A stretch of DNA of 64,000 nt from a phage: the sequence record PQ724393.1; one strand, 5' to 3'. Below are positions 52,695-61,548 of the stretch, piece by piece; position 1 is the stretch's first letter; every line of letters starts with the position of its first letter. The translations under genes were made by a program, and so were the position numbers. The notes beneath the pieces were generated by a model that was given only the letters and a program-made list of their open reading frames with translations, searched no databases and was not told the DNA's origin.

Positions 52695-53495
52695 ATGGCA
52701 ATCGTAGGATTACCCGGTTGGGTCGGCCAATCTGCAGTTGACGAAACAGGTCAACGTTGGATGGATGCAGCAATGCGTGATGTTCGTGTAGCTGTTCCGG
52801 GTTGGATGGGTTCGATGGCTAACCAATCAAAAGAAATTTACTTATCTATAGGGGCTAATCATAACTATGATAGGAATACCCTTATAAACTGGATGAGAGC
52901 ACAAGGTGGTGCGCCTGTGGTTATTACAATTACCGGCGACTTGGTATCAAATAGCCGCGGAAACCCTTGCCTGGAATTCCCTAGCAATCTTCCTAACGCA
53001 TATATTCAACTTACCATTAATAGCGGTGTGACTGTTTATGGCCGAGGAGGCCGAGGAGGCTGGACCCATAGCAACGGCAATGGTAATGGTGAGGCCGGCG
53101 GAATAGCCATACAAAACAATGCCGGAACTAAACTTCGTATCCGTAATAATGGCGCTATAGCCGGTGGTGGTGGCGGTGGCGGTGGCATCGCGTATAGGCC
53201 CCATTCAGGTGCTAACTGGCAAGATATAGGCGCTGGCGGCGGTAGACCATTTGGTGCAGCTGGTGGCGGAGGATACTCCGGTGGGGCGGCATCTCTTACC
53301 GGAGCAGGTGGTGGTTATAATTATGGTAACGCGCATTCCGGTGCTGGTGGGAATGTCGGTGCTAAAGGCCAAAACGCTTGGAATGATGGAGGTAAAGTGC
53401 TTAAAGTTGGCGCTGGTGGTAATGCTGGGGCAGCAGTCGCCGGTAATGCTCCTAACTGGCAAAACGTTGGTACGATATACGGAAGCAGAGTATAA
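52695..53495 (+). CDS. 38: receptor-recognising adhesin gp38 (T2 type, glycine-rich motifs)
   Basis: 266 aa; N-terminus MAIVG.PGW.G.SAV.ETGQRWM as in T2-type gp38; poly-Gly islands (GGGGGGGG) flanking variable segments. Confidence 0.8.
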   Translation: MAIVGLPGWVGQSAVDETGQRWMDAAMRDVRVAVPGWMGSMANQSKEIYLSIGANHNYDRNTLINWMRAQGGAPVVITITGDLVSNSRGNPCLEFPSNLPNAYIQLTINSGVTVYGRGGRGGWTHSNGNGNGEAGGIAIQNNAGTKLRIRNNGAIAGGGGGGGGIAYRPHSGANWQDIGAGGGRPFGAAGGGGYSGGAASLTGAGGGYNYGNAHSGAGGNVGAKGQNAWNDGGKVLKVGAGGNAGAAVAGNAPNWQNVGTIYGSRV

Positions 53496-53505
53496 TACCC
53501 CATAT

Positions 53506-53513
53506 TATAAATA
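53506..53513 (+). promoter_or_regulatory. late promoter TATAAATA for holin t
   Basis: exact box 19 nt upstream of ATG 53532. Confidence 0.55.
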
Positions 53514-53531
53514 TCTTTAAAGGAGAAAAGT

Positions 53532-54185
53532 ATGGAACCAAAAGTAGGATTTTCATTATCAGACCTACTTTTTGGACTTCTTGATAGAATTTTTAAAGAT
53601 ACTTCTTCCGGGAAAGTAGTTTTTTCCCGGGTCCTAGTCGTAATATTATTGTTCTTTATGGCACTGGTTTGGTATAAAGGCGAGTATATTCTAAACTTTT
53701 ACAAAGAGACAACTTATGCCTCTTATACTGAAATGATTAGACAAGACCAGGACAATAGATTTAAAATTGCGGCTATCGAGCAGCTCCGAATAGTGCATTC
53801 TTCTTCAGGCGCGGACTTCACAGCAATATATTCTTTTAGACCAACCAACATGAATTATTTTGTGGATATGGTTGCTTACGAGGGTAAATTACCGGAAACG
53901 GTAGACGCAAAAAATACGGGAGGGTTTCCAATTGACAAAACGTCAGTAGAATATATGGCGGGAGTTAACGGGAACTATTTTGAATCAAGTACCGAAACTG
54001 TATTCCTTCCTACAAAGAAGAAAACACAATTCACATATATGTTTTCATGCCCGTTTTTTAATTTGGATAACGTCTACGCCGGCTCGATATCGTTGTACTG
54101 GTACGATATCAAACCGGATTTAGGATTTCCTAGACTTTCGTCTATGTGTGGTCAAGCCGGGAGGACATTAGGTCGAACACGTTAG
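53532..54185 (+). CDS. t: holin T
   Basis: 217 aa (T4 218); single N-terminal transmembrane helix; LDR.FKD...GKV..SRV.VVILLF.MA.VWY, YSFRP.N.NYFVD..AYEGKLP match T4 T. Confidence 0.9.
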   Translation: MEPKVGFSLSDLLFGLLDRIFKDTSSGKVVFSRVLVVILLFFMALVWYKGEYILNFYKETTYASYTEMIRQDQDNRFKIAAIEQLRIVHSSSGADFTAIYSFRPTNMNYFVDMVAYEGKLPETVDAKNTGGFPIDKTSVEYMAGVNGNYFESSTETVFLPTKKKTQFTYMFSCPFFNLDNVYAGSISLYWYDIKPDLGFPRLSSMCGQAGRTLGRTR

Positions 54186-54457
54186 AAATTGGAGGTATAC
54201 ATCATTAAATAACGGTGTATATCTTCATATCCTTCATTAAATTGCTCTATAAGAGTATCACGTTCATCTTCAGTTAAAGACTTAAATAATTTGTTATAAG
54301 ACAAACCATTAAGTTCCTTTCCATGTTCATTACGAATACCTAACTCATTCAAAAAGGCAATAAACTCATCACGACGTTGCATGATGTCTTCACAATCCGT
54401 TTTAATCAAAATGGAAACAATAGTAGCAATTTCGGAAACGATTTCAATTTTAGTCAT
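54182..54457 (-). CDS. asiA: anti-sigma70 factor AsiA
   Basis: 91 aa; ...VSILIK...EDI...R..FIAFLNE.G...EHG..LN..S..K....LTE.E...LIE.FNEG.E...RYL.MYT matches T4 AsiA. Confidence 0.9.
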   Translation of the reverse strand: MTKIEIVSEIATIVSILIKTDCEDIMQRRDEFIAFLNELGIRNEHGKELNGLSYNKLFKSLTEDERDTLIEQFNEGYEDIHRYLMMYTSNF

Positions 54458-54498
54458 AATATTCTCTTCAATTCAGTACGACATCATCTGATAGGGCT

Positions 54499-54527
54499 AT
54501 ACTAACATATCCTTAGGGATTGTAAAC
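54499..54527 (-). promoter_or_regulatory. early promoter cassette upstream of asiA
   Basis: GTTTAC-N17-TAGTAT. Confidence 0.5.
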
Positions 54528-54760
54528 ATGTTCTTCGTTCTTTTTAACATATTCCTGATACATCTCTTCTATTGGTTCCTGGAACTTAAAATCAGCTCCC
54601 AGGAATTCCTCAAAGCACTCCTGCTCACGTGTACGCATGCCTGTTACGGTATTCTCTAAGTTATGACTCATAGCCTTTACCCTTATGTTTCTGTTTACGT
54701 TTAGACTCTTTAAGATTTTTCTTCTTGTCCTTATGGACAGAAGCCTTATTGAAATCGTGC

Positions 54761-55045
54761 TTAGCTACCAGATTGTTCATCACGTAATTTCCTTAATTGA
54801 TATTCAAGAGAGCTAATAATTTCTTTATTAGTCGCAATATACATATCACGTAGGAATGGCTTCAACCCTTCCATATTCCCATGAATTGTCTTGGAACTAA
54901 TATTCTTTATATATTCATGGTCTAATGCATCCCAAGCCGGTTGGTTGACATAAGTTCCCCAGTTGTCTTCCACCATGACATTCAGTCGTTTAATATGATT
55001 AATATGGGCTTCGATTGCATCAATCTGGAGTTGTTTAAGATTCAT
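54761..55045 (-). CDS. hypothetical protein (arn region)
   Basis: 94-aa ORF; cannot confirm identity with Arn. Confidence 0.35.
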   Translation of the reverse strand: MNLKQLQIDAIEAHINHIKRLNVMVEDNWGTYVNQPAWDALDHEYIKNISSKTIHGNMEGLKPFLRDMYIATNKEIISSLEYQLRKLRDEQSGS

Positions 55046-55533
55046 TAGTAAAGGTCCTCAGAGTAAAGTTCTTTTTCACTACCACCACGTTCAATACGAA
55101 CTTGATTAGCATATGTTGCAATTACCATTGCTTCTTCGCGAGTCCAATAGTTTGAGTATTGGTCGATAAATCCTTGGTCATCACCACAGACGTGCTCGGA
55201 TACAAGTTTATCACTTACCTGGTCAAGCACTTCTGCCATATCTTTAGAATAATGACGAGCTCCTGGAATAACCAATGTCCCACCGTCTTTTAACTTAAAA
55301 CGGTTGGCCGCGCATACAATTCGACGTTGGTATTTTTCATTGTTGTTCCAATAGGCAATCTGCCAACAGATTTCTGGGACTTCATTCAAAACATCCTCTT
55401 CTGTATATTCGGTGTAATCGCCATAGGCCTGTAATTTAGCTGCTAGACTTTCAGGCGTCTCGCGAGAAAGAGCTTTATCTAACAAGGCCATTCGGTCTTT
55501 GAAGGATAATTCTTTACCTTTTAATGGATTCAT
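55045..55533 (-). CDS. hypothetical protein (arn.x region)
   Basis: 162-aa ORF. Confidence 0.4.
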   Translation of the reverse strand: MNPLKGKELSFKDRMALLDKALSRETPESLAAKLQAYGDYTEYTEEDVLNEVPEICWQIAYWNNNEKYQRRIVCAANRFKLKDGGTLVIPGARHYSKDMAEVLDQVSDKLVSEHVCGDDQGFIDQYSNYWTREEAMVIATYANQVRIERGGSEKELYSEDLY

Positions 55534-55889
55534 TTAACAATTACCTTATAGCCTTTAACTTTAGAAAATGATTGGATTTTGGAACCGGTTTCTATTAACA
55601 TATCTTCATTAGAAGAAGATAGCATGATATCCACGATTTGACCTTTACCGTATGGGTTGATAGAAACTTCTTCCTTGGCAATCATAGCTAAAAATCTATT
55701 TAACTGCATACCAAATTCAAGACTCACTTCATGAATACGAAGGTTAAGCTGGTATACTTTCTTAACACCGTTAACTAAGGAAGCCATTTCATTCCATGCA
55801 TTACGTTGTTCTTCGCGAGGCTCTTCAATCAATTTAAGGGAGTGGCCTTCGCCGTCCCAGTTAAGTTCCATCGGAATCATTTGAACCAT
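55530..55889 (-). CDS. hypothetical protein
   Basis: 119-aa ORF. Confidence 0.4.
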   Translation of the reverse strand: MVQMIPMELNWDGEGHSLKLIEEPREEQRNAWNEMASLVNGVKKVYQLNLRIHEVSLEFGMQLNRFLAMIAKEEVSINPYGKGQIVDIMLSSSNEDMLIETGSKIQSFSKVKGYKVIVK

Positions 55890-56206
55890 CCTTTAACACG
55901 TTGCCAGAGGCTTTTCTGTTGGGCTTTATTAACACCAATTGAACGAATAACCGGCTGTGATTCCTGGTATTCTTTGTAGTCGGCTTTATAGACTTCATAA
56001 GCGGCTGGAACAAAGGTGCTGATTGCTGCCATAAAGTTCTTACGAATTCCCATAGAAGCTTCAGAACCGCCACGGATGATTAAGTATTTACCTGCTTTAA
56101 TCTTAACAATAGTGCCGAGATAAGCACCATGGTACCAAATGTCCCAACCTTCTTGAGTAGGTTCTGCACAACGACGAAGTTCATTAACAATATTCAGCTT
56201 GTTCAT
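55877..56206 (-). CDS. hypothetical protein
   Basis: 109-aa ORF. Confidence 0.4.
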   Translation of the reverse strand: MNKLNIVNELRRCAEPTQEGWDIWYHGAYLGTIVKIKAGKYLIIRGGSEASMGIRKNFMAAISTFVPAAYEVYKADYKEYQESQPVIRSIGVNKAQQKSLWQRVKGWFK

Positions 56207-56224
56207 AATAATTTCCTCAGTCAG

Positions 56225-56857
56225 TTAAATTGCGTTGGTTACGGTTTTGATAACTTCAGATGATACGTTTTGGAAGTCGATATAAGTATTCTTACCACCA
56301 GTCTTAATCTTAACATCAAGGTTCAAGGAAGTAAACACTTGTTTTTCTTTATCAGTCATATTATAACCGAAGATACGCATCATTCCATCACGACGGACTT
56401 CGATTTGACGAATACCATTGGTGCGTTTAGCGAATCGAACTTCAAGGTTGCTACGGTTTTCAGCAATTTCACGAATCTCGATACGGTCTTCCAACAAAGA
56501 TTTAACTTCATCAGCCAATACCACCATTTCAGGAGTAACACCACGTGAGCTACGCGTTTTACGTTTTTCCAACATCTCTGGAGCATTTTCAGAAGCGAAC
56601 AGGTCGGCAGCTTTTTGAACTAGGTCCATTGCTTCACCTGTAGCCACCAGTCCATCACCAGATTTTTCGATGAATCCTTTCTTAATCAATACACCGATGT
56701 TAGAGTTAACTACCGCAGCACTAAATTGCTCACTCAGGGCTTCACGGACTTCGCCTGAAGTGATGAAGTTATTCTTGATGATATGTACTAAGATAGAAGC
56801 GGTTTTTTCATTCAGGACGTCTTCAGAAGCTTTGATGATGTAAGTAATTTTAGACAT
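56225..56857 (-). CDS. motA: middle-transcription activator MotA
   Basis: 210 aa (T4 211); MSK.TYIIKAS.DVLNEKTA.IL...K..FIT..EVRE...VVNSNIGVLIKKG..EKSGDGL matches T4 MotA. Confidence 0.9.
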   Translation of the reverse strand: MSKITYIIKASEDVLNEKTASILVHIIKNNFITSGEVREALSEQFSAAVVNSNIGVLIKKGFIEKSGDGLVATGEAMDLVQKAADLFASENAPEMLEKRKTRSSRGVTPEMVVLADEVKSLLEDRIEIREIAENRSNLEVRFAKRTNGIRQIEVRRDGMMRIFGYNMTDKEKQVFTSLNLDVKIKTGGKNTYIDFQNVSSEVIKTVTNAI

Positions 56858-56892
56858 TTTGTATCTCCGATAACCATTTATTTGATAGGTCT

Positions 56893-56921
56893 ATAGTATC
56901 ACGTTTAAAGCAGAAGTAAAC
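56893..56921 (-). promoter_or_regulatory. early promoter cassette upstream of motA
   Basis: GTTTAC-N17-TACTAT. Confidence 0.5.
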
Positions 56922-56935
56922 ACCTTTTTGCACTA

Positions 56936-56961
56936 AACCAAAAAAGGAACCCTAAGGTTCC
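56936..56961 (-). terminator. intrinsic terminator
   Basis: ggaaccctaaggttcc followed on - strand by UUUUUU. Confidence 0.55.
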
Positions 56962-57066
56962 TTACTTTTTAAAGTGGGCTGCTATTAAACCTATAGCTAA
57001 GCCTGTCGCCAGGCCTAGGATAACAGCAAAGATACAGAGTAACAAGAACTCGACTCCAAGGCTCAT
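56962..57066 (-). CDS. 34-aa hydrophobic membrane peptide
   Basis: ATGA overlap with gene 52 stop; MSLGVEFLLLCIFAVILGLATGLAIGLIAAHFKK. Confidence 0.3.
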   Translation of the reverse strand: MSLGVEFLLLCIFAVILGLATGLAIGLIAAHFKK

Positions 57067-58442
57067 AGAGCCTCCAAATCTTTAACATACTCGGTTACAA
57101 CATCAGTGGTTTTCCAATATTGATGCTCTTCTTTCTTAGCCTTGGCTTCTAAGGCCAATTTCTTAGCTTCATCTGATGTGATATGGAAAATGTTCATGGC
57201 TACTAGTTTATCAGCATACTCGCCGTAGACTTTATTACTAGCCAATTCTTCGGTTAAAACCTTACGAGTCTTACCTTGGATAACCACTACGCCATCAATA
57301 ACATCTTTGATAAATGTGGCTTTAGCCAATGCCAGTTTGAAAGCTTCTTCAGTTTCGATGATTTTACCATCAATACGTTTCTGTACAAAGGTCTTACGGA
57401 CCTCAACGAAATCACGAATCAGTTCAACTGCATCTTCGTAAACCTTAAGTTTACCTTTCTCATTAATGACAGTCAGGTTTTGTGAACGGCGTTCGATTAA
57501 CCCGAAGTCCTTCATGATTTTTTCATGCTTCTTGTTTTCTTCGGTAGGCAATTCATATTCTTTACGAATCTTAACCTTGAAGCCGAAACCGTTCTCGTCA
57601 CAGTCATCGTCATACGTGATATACCCTTTGTCTTCTAAAGGGTCTAATACCTTGGCCACGTACGTTTCACGATCATATTTGTATGGGATTTCCGTGATAT
57701 GCATTTGGGTTCGAGATGTGAACTTATAGGTCCCACGAATCTCATAACTACCTGGTTCAGTCTCAACAACATCACCACGGAATTCAGGATAAGCCACTTT
57801 AGGCTTGGTTACACGTTTTTCCTGAAGAACTTGTAATACAGCTTTCTTAACAGAATCAAAACTATGAGGAAGAATATTAGTTGCATAACCAGTTGCAATA
57901 CCGGAAACGCCATTAAGAAGAACAGTAGGAATAATAGGCAGATAAAAAGCCGGTGGCTTATGTTCGACATCCGCATGAACCGGAGCATATTCTGTGTCCT
58001 TATAAACTTTTGCAAAGTTACTTCCAATACGAGCAAAAATATAACGAGAGGCCGCCGCCTTTTGAACCAAACGAGAACCAAAGTTACCCTGGCCATCCAA
58101 CAGTGGGAAGTTGTTGTTCCATGTGTTAGCCATCAAAGCCCCTGCTTCCTGAGCAGAACCTTCACCATGATGATATCCAAGGTCGGCTACGCCACCAGCG
58201 ATAGAAGCCAGTTTGTGGAATTTTTCTTTATTACCACGAGCCATATCAAGACAACGAGCAACTACAAAACGTTGTACAGGTTTAAAGCCGTCAATCATAT
58301 TTGGAATGGCACGGTTTTCGACAGTATACATTGCATAAGCCAATGCTTCGTTGTCGATAATACTTTTTAAGTCGCGAGGAGTAAAAGTATCGTCGTAAAC
58401 ATCTAAAGCCTGTTTAAAAAGGGTATCAATTACATCAGCCAT
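57063..58442 (-). CDS. 52: DNA topoisomerase II medium subunit gp52
   Basis: 459 aa; DLKSIIDNEALAYAMYTVENRAIPNMIDGFKPVQRF with active-site Tyr region matches T4 gp52. Confidence 0.9.
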   Translation of the reverse strand: MADVIDTLFKQALDVYDDTFTPRDLKSIIDNEALAYAMYTVENRAIPNMIDGFKPVQRFVVARCLDMARGNKEKFHKLASIAGGVADLGYHHGEGSAQEAGALMANTWNNNFPLLDGQGNFGSRLVQKAAASRYIFARIGSNFAKVYKDTEYAPVHADVEHKPPAFYLPIIPTVLLNGVSGIATGYATNILPHSFDSVKKAVLQVLQEKRVTKPKVAYPEFRGDVVETEPGSYEIRGTYKFTSRTQMHITEIPYKYDRETYVAKVLDPLEDKGYITYDDDCDENGFGFKVKIRKEYELPTEENKKHEKIMKDFGLIERRSQNLTVINEKGKLKVYEDAVELIRDFVEVRKTFVQKRIDGKIIETEEAFKLALAKATFIKDVIDGVVVIQGKTRKVLTEELASNKVYGEYADKLVAMNIFHITSDEAKKLALEAKAKKEEHQYWKTTDVVTEYVKDLEAL

Positions 58443-58446
58443 AATT

Positions 58447-58587
58447 TTACCATACTAGTGAATGAATAGCCATAATAACATCGGAAATAAAAAGCACAAC
58501 TTGGATAAGTCCGAACATTACTCCATAATACAGCGCTACTAATAAAGCAGCAAGGACTAACGAGTAGCCCAGGATTTGTTTAATCAT
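58447..58587 (-). CDS. 46-aa membrane peptide (52.1 position)
   Basis: ATGA-coupled to the upstream ORF; hydrophobic. Confidence 0.35.
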   Translation of the reverse strand: MIKQILGYSLVLAALLVALYYGVMFGLIQVVLFISDVIMAIHSLVW

Positions 58588-58748
58588 TTCTTGACCAAGG
58601 CTTCCAGAAATTTAACGATTGCATCAATTACGAACCAAGTGCAAATAAATCCAACAGCGAAAGGACCTGGAACCCACACACCAGCAGCAAAAAGGGTTAC
58701 CCACACAATAACAATCACGAGCCAGATAAAAGTATAAATCGGTAGCAT
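58584..58748 (-). CDS. 54-aa membrane protein (ac position)
   Basis: GAGGAAAAT RBS; two predicted transmembrane segments. Confidence 0.35.
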   Translation of the reverse strand: MLPIYTFIWLVIVIVWVTLFAAGVWVPGPFAVGFICTWFVIDAIVKFLEALVKK

Positions 58749-58758
58749 ATTTTCCTCA

Positions 58759-58836
58759 TTAGCGTCCGAAGACGCCTTTAGTTTTAAGATTGTTACGATA
58801 GAACTGCATCACATGTTCGTTATGGAAATTACTCAT
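58759..58836 (-). CDS. stp: Stp peptide (EcoprrI restriction inhibitor / PrrC anticodon-nuclease activator)
   Basis: 25-aa [28 protein letters not shown] matching T4 Stp as recalled; ATG overlaps the ndd stop (TAATG). Confidence 0.7.
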
Positions 58837-59285
58837 TAGTAAGCCTGCAGAACGAATTTGAAGTTATCAGCCAACATACGGTTCATTTCTTCCAGGGTCT
58901 GGAGATCTGAACTATGGTTGCGAGTGAAAGCCATTGCAATTTGTCCTTTACCAAAACCTGTAGTCAGAGGTTTCATTTTAGAAGCCGGTACATAAAGAAC
59001 TTCATACAGGATACTGTTAGTTTTCATGGTACGGTTGGCTTGAGAACGAGCTGAACGAATATTCTTAAGAACACCATCCAGACCTTGTCCTGAACGCTGA
59101 TTACCTACATAGAAGCGAGCAGCTACGATGCGGTTTTCGCCAACACCTTTAACAAAGAAATAGAAGCCTGGCTGGGCAGAGATTTCTTTAGAAGGCTTAC
59201 CGTTTTGGTATTCACCATTCTTAACATAAGCAACAGTAGTAGCACCTGCAGACAGAACGTTACGGCGAGTCATATAAGTATTCAT
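58836..59285 (-). CDS. ndd: nucleoid disruption protein Ndd
   Basis: 149 aa; ...[13 protein letters not shown]......I...RSQ..RT.......[48 protein letters not shown] matches T4 Ndd. Confidence 0.9.
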
Positions 59286-59334
59286 ATCAATTTCCTCAGT
59301 AGATTAATGTTTTGTTATCCAGTCAACGAGAACC

Positions 59335-59363
59335 ATTATAACATGATTCTCGAGGTTGTAAAC
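59335..59363 (-). promoter_or_regulatory. early promoter upstream of ndd
   Basis: GTTTAC-N17-TATAAT with TGn extension. Confidence 0.5.
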
Positions 59364-59707
59364 TATTTTTGTAGCTGTTCTAAAATAAATCCGCTCGTAT
59401 AAAAGGAAGCATTATAAACCTTATTCAGTGGGTGCAAAGCACGTCCGTATGTATCACGTAGTTCTTTGATAACATTTTCATAGCTCACATAGTAAGCACT
59501 ACGATAGTCCGGGTCCATGCTCATACGGAATTTGATGAACCGATAAAAGCCTGTTTCCGGATCTTGAACGAAAACGAAATCCGCGCTTGCCATAGTTTTT
59601 GGATTTACGCCTGGAATCATACTTTGATTGAATGATACCGTTGCCTCCTGAAGGCTGAGTTGTTTAAAGAACATAACTTTAGAGTTACCAAAAAATACTT
59701 TAGACAT
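59363..59707 (-). CDS. hypothetical protein (ndd.x position)
   Basis: start moved to ATG with AAGGAAAAT RBS; 114 aa. Confidence 0.4.
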   Translation of the reverse strand: MSKVFFGNSKVMFFKQLSLQEATVSFNQSMIPGVNPKTMASADFVFVQDPETGFYRFIKFRMSMDPDYRSAYYVSYENVIKELRDTYGRALHPLNKVYNASFYTSGFILEQLQK

Positions 59708-59717
59708 GATATTTTCC

Positions 59718-59930
59718 TTATTCAGCGTCAACAGAAATAGCCATCAGTTCATCAACGGTAAGACATTGTACACTTGGCCCTACACAAAAGCGCTTAGTTG
59801 AATCATAGAGGTCTGTAGCATTTACAGGCTGCAATTCAGTACCAACTTGCAAAGGAGAAATGCGAATCAGTTGTTGGCCGTTATGTAATACAAAGCTCTC
59901 ACCAACTGCGACATCTTTAAAAAGTTTCAT
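59718..59930 (-). CDS. hypothetical protein
   Basis: start moved to ATG with GAGGAAAAT RBS; 70 aa. Confidence 0.4.
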   Translation of the reverse strand: MKLFKDVAVGESFVLHNGQQLIRISPLQVGTELQPVNATDLYDSTKRFCVGPSVQCLTVDELMAISVDAE

Positions 59931-59940
59931 AATATTTTCC

Positions 59941-60051
59941 TCAGAAGTTAAAGAATACACGTACATGGTCAATCATAAAAACGATTGGGAAAATGCTCAA
60001 TACTACTAACAACACAAACATGTTCCAAATTGCTTTAAGTAAGTTTTTCAT
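59941..60051 (-). CDS. 36-aa hydrophobic peptide
   Basis: MKNLLKAIWNMFVLLVVLSIFPIVFMIDHVRVFFNF; GGAG RBS; follows the promoter at 60078-60106. Confidence 0.3.
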   Translation of the reverse strand: MKNLLKAIWNMFVLLVVLSIFPIVFMIDHVRVFFNF

Positions 60052-60077
60052 AATCATCTCCATTAGTTGATAGGTCT

Positions 60078-60106
60078 ATAATATCATGTCTAATGGAGAT
60101 GTAAAC
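60078..60106 (-). promoter_or_regulatory. early promoter cassette
   Basis: GTTTAC-N17-TATTAT. Confidence 0.45.
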
Positions 60107-60110
60107 TGAT

Positions 60111-60200
60111 TTATGCCAATTTCCACAACAATAAACTAAAACATACACAAATCACCGGGATACAGGTCAACCAAATAAGGCACCACATTTTGCTGCTCAT
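60111..60200 (-). CDS. 29-aa Cys-rich hydrophobic peptide
   Basis: ATGA-coupled to the upstream ORF; MSSKMWCLIWLTCIPVICVCFSLLLWKLA. Confidence 0.25.
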   Translation of the reverse strand: MSSKMWCLIWLTCIPVICVCFSLLLWKLA

Positions 60201-60454
60201 AATTCCACCTCAATGATTTCAATCTTCTTGGCTTTGATAGCTTTCTTCAAATCCGGGTAAACTTGAGTACAGTAAGAATTATTCAACTCGCCATTCACCA
60301 AACGTTGAATCTCTTCATGGGTGGTCAGATAAGGTTGGTCCGTCTCATATTTAGATAAATCCAGTCCGGTAATGCAAAAATCTTCTCCATCCGAAAAGGT
60401 TGAAAACGATACAAACTCACGGGTAATTTTATGTTTAGCGTAATAGAATTTCAT
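60197..60454 (-). CDS. hypothetical protein
   Basis: 85 aa; GAGGAG RBS; own promoter. Confidence 0.45.
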   Translation of the reverse strand: MKFYYAKHKITREFVSFSTFSDGEDFCITGLDLSKYETDQPYLTTHEEIQRLVNGELNNSYCTQVYPDLKKAIKAKKIEIIEVEL

Positions 60455-60484
60455 TTTTGTTTCTCCTCATAAGTTGATAGGAAG

Positions 60485-60514
60485 ATAGTAACACCGTCCT
60501 TGGTGTATGTAAAC
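60485..60514 (-). promoter_or_regulatory. early promoter cassette
   Basis: GTTTAC-N18-TACTAT. Confidence 0.45.
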
Positions 60515-60530
60515 TGTTTTGTGGAAAAAA

Positions 60531-61007
60531 TTATAAGGCGAGATACCAGCCGCTAAAATTACTCTTACGGACTAGCTTTTTGATGGCTTCTCTATCACCA
60601 GAGAATTTAGGAGTGAACAGGACGTCGCCTGCCTCATTTACTGAAGTGTTGAATATAATTATACAGTCTGCAACTTTATGATTCAGGAGTGGGCCTAGGT
60701 TAATCCCTGTTCCATAAGGGAAGTCACCGGAGTATCCTGTAGTACAGGAAATCCACTTAGAATCCGACTGATGGGTCTTGACCTCTACACGAAGTCCACA
60801 ATACATAGGATGGGCTAAAACATCCCATGCATAGGTATAAGGGTCGTCATGGTCTTCCAGACCGCTGTTAACATATCCTTTCAACCAATCCGCCACCATA
60901 TACTCGGCATACGTTGCAATGACACACCGAGTCAATACTTCTTTCTTATCTTGGGACGGGTCTTGACTTAAGGAATACAGTACAGTATCCTTAATCTTAA
61001 CCTTCAT
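60531..61007 (-). CDS. denB: endonuclease IV-like protein by position; start uncertain (could extend to 61088 or 61115)
   Basis: large ORF between the ndd cluster and rIIB as in T4; N-terminal extension conflicts with the upstream ORF 60997-61320. Confidence 0.45.
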   Translation of the reverse strand: MKVKIKDTVLYSLSQDPSQDKKEVLTRCVIATYAEYMVADWLKGYVNSGLEDHDDPYTYAWDVLAHPMYCGLRVEVKTHQSDSKWISCTTGYSGDFPYGTGINLGPLLNHKVADCIIIFNTSVNEAGDVLFTPKFSGDREAIKKLVRKSNFSGWYLAL

Positions 61008-61320
61008 TTCGCCTGTTAAACCAGATGTCTTCAGGGTAAATGTCGGCATCGCTGCCAATCGGAGTAGTCCCGGGTTCGTCTTCACCATAAATGCCTCGAA
61101 TATGAAGTTCACCATAATAAATTCGGTCGTTAGGCTCTAAAGTATCGGAATCTACTAAAGGAAACTCGCCTTCAACCACCTCATCACATTCTAGAAAAGC
61201 GTAATGAACATCACCAGGGTGTTTAACGAGCTTAGCACAATAAACAGTGCCTGCTTTATGGAACCCACGCAAATTAGAAATCTTGATATCGCGTTCACCT
61301 ACATTCAGGTAATTAATCAT
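60997..61320 (-). CDS. hypothetical protein (denB.1 position)
   Basis: 107 aa from ATG 61320 (table start was GTG); TAAAATG junction with the upstream ORF. Confidence 0.35.
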   Translation of the reverse strand: MINYLNVGERDIKISNLRGFHKAGTVYCAKLVKHPGDVHYAFLECDEVVEGEFPLVDSDTLEPNDRIYYGELHIRGIYGEDEPGTTPIGSDADIYPEDIWFNRRNEG

Positions 61321-61321
61321 T

Positions 61322-61519
61322 TTACTCACCGAAATAAGAAATACGAACCTCTAAACAATGAGCATAAGCACCCATCGCATCCAGTTGTGAAATAAGTAAC
61401 CCTTGTTGACGGATATCGAGAGTTTCAAAAACACCGCCTTTAATAAAGGTTTCTAGTGTATTAATTTTAAGAACCAACTGGTCGTATTCTTCAACTACAC
61501 GTGCTTGGTAACCTAACAT
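61322..61519 (-). CDS. hypothetical protein
   Basis: 65 aa; AAGAGGAAATT RBS directly after the stem-loop. Confidence 0.4.
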   Translation of the reverse strand: MLGYQARVVEEYDQLVLKINTLETFIKGGVFETLDIRQQGLLISQLDAMGAYAHCLEVRISYFGE

Positions 61520-61532
61520 AATTTCCTCTTAG

Positions 61533-61548
61533 GAGGCCGAAGCCTCCA
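61533..61548 (-). other. UUCG-tetraloop stem-loop after rIIB
   Basis: ggaggccgaagcctcc, identical to 23273-23288. Confidence 0.5.

Noticed and set aside
54520-54779. Two further short - strand ORFs (about 50 aa and 38 aa, Lys-rich) between asiA and the 94-aa ORF
   Set aside because: They overlap the asiA promoter or the neighbouring ORF and have weak start signals; not confident enough to call.
60531-61115. Full 194-aa denB ORF as given in the track
   Set aside because: Its first ~36 codons overlap a well-formed upstream ORF (60997-61320) in another frame. The start was trimmed to 61007, with uncertainty stated; the alternative is that the upstream ORF is the spurious one.
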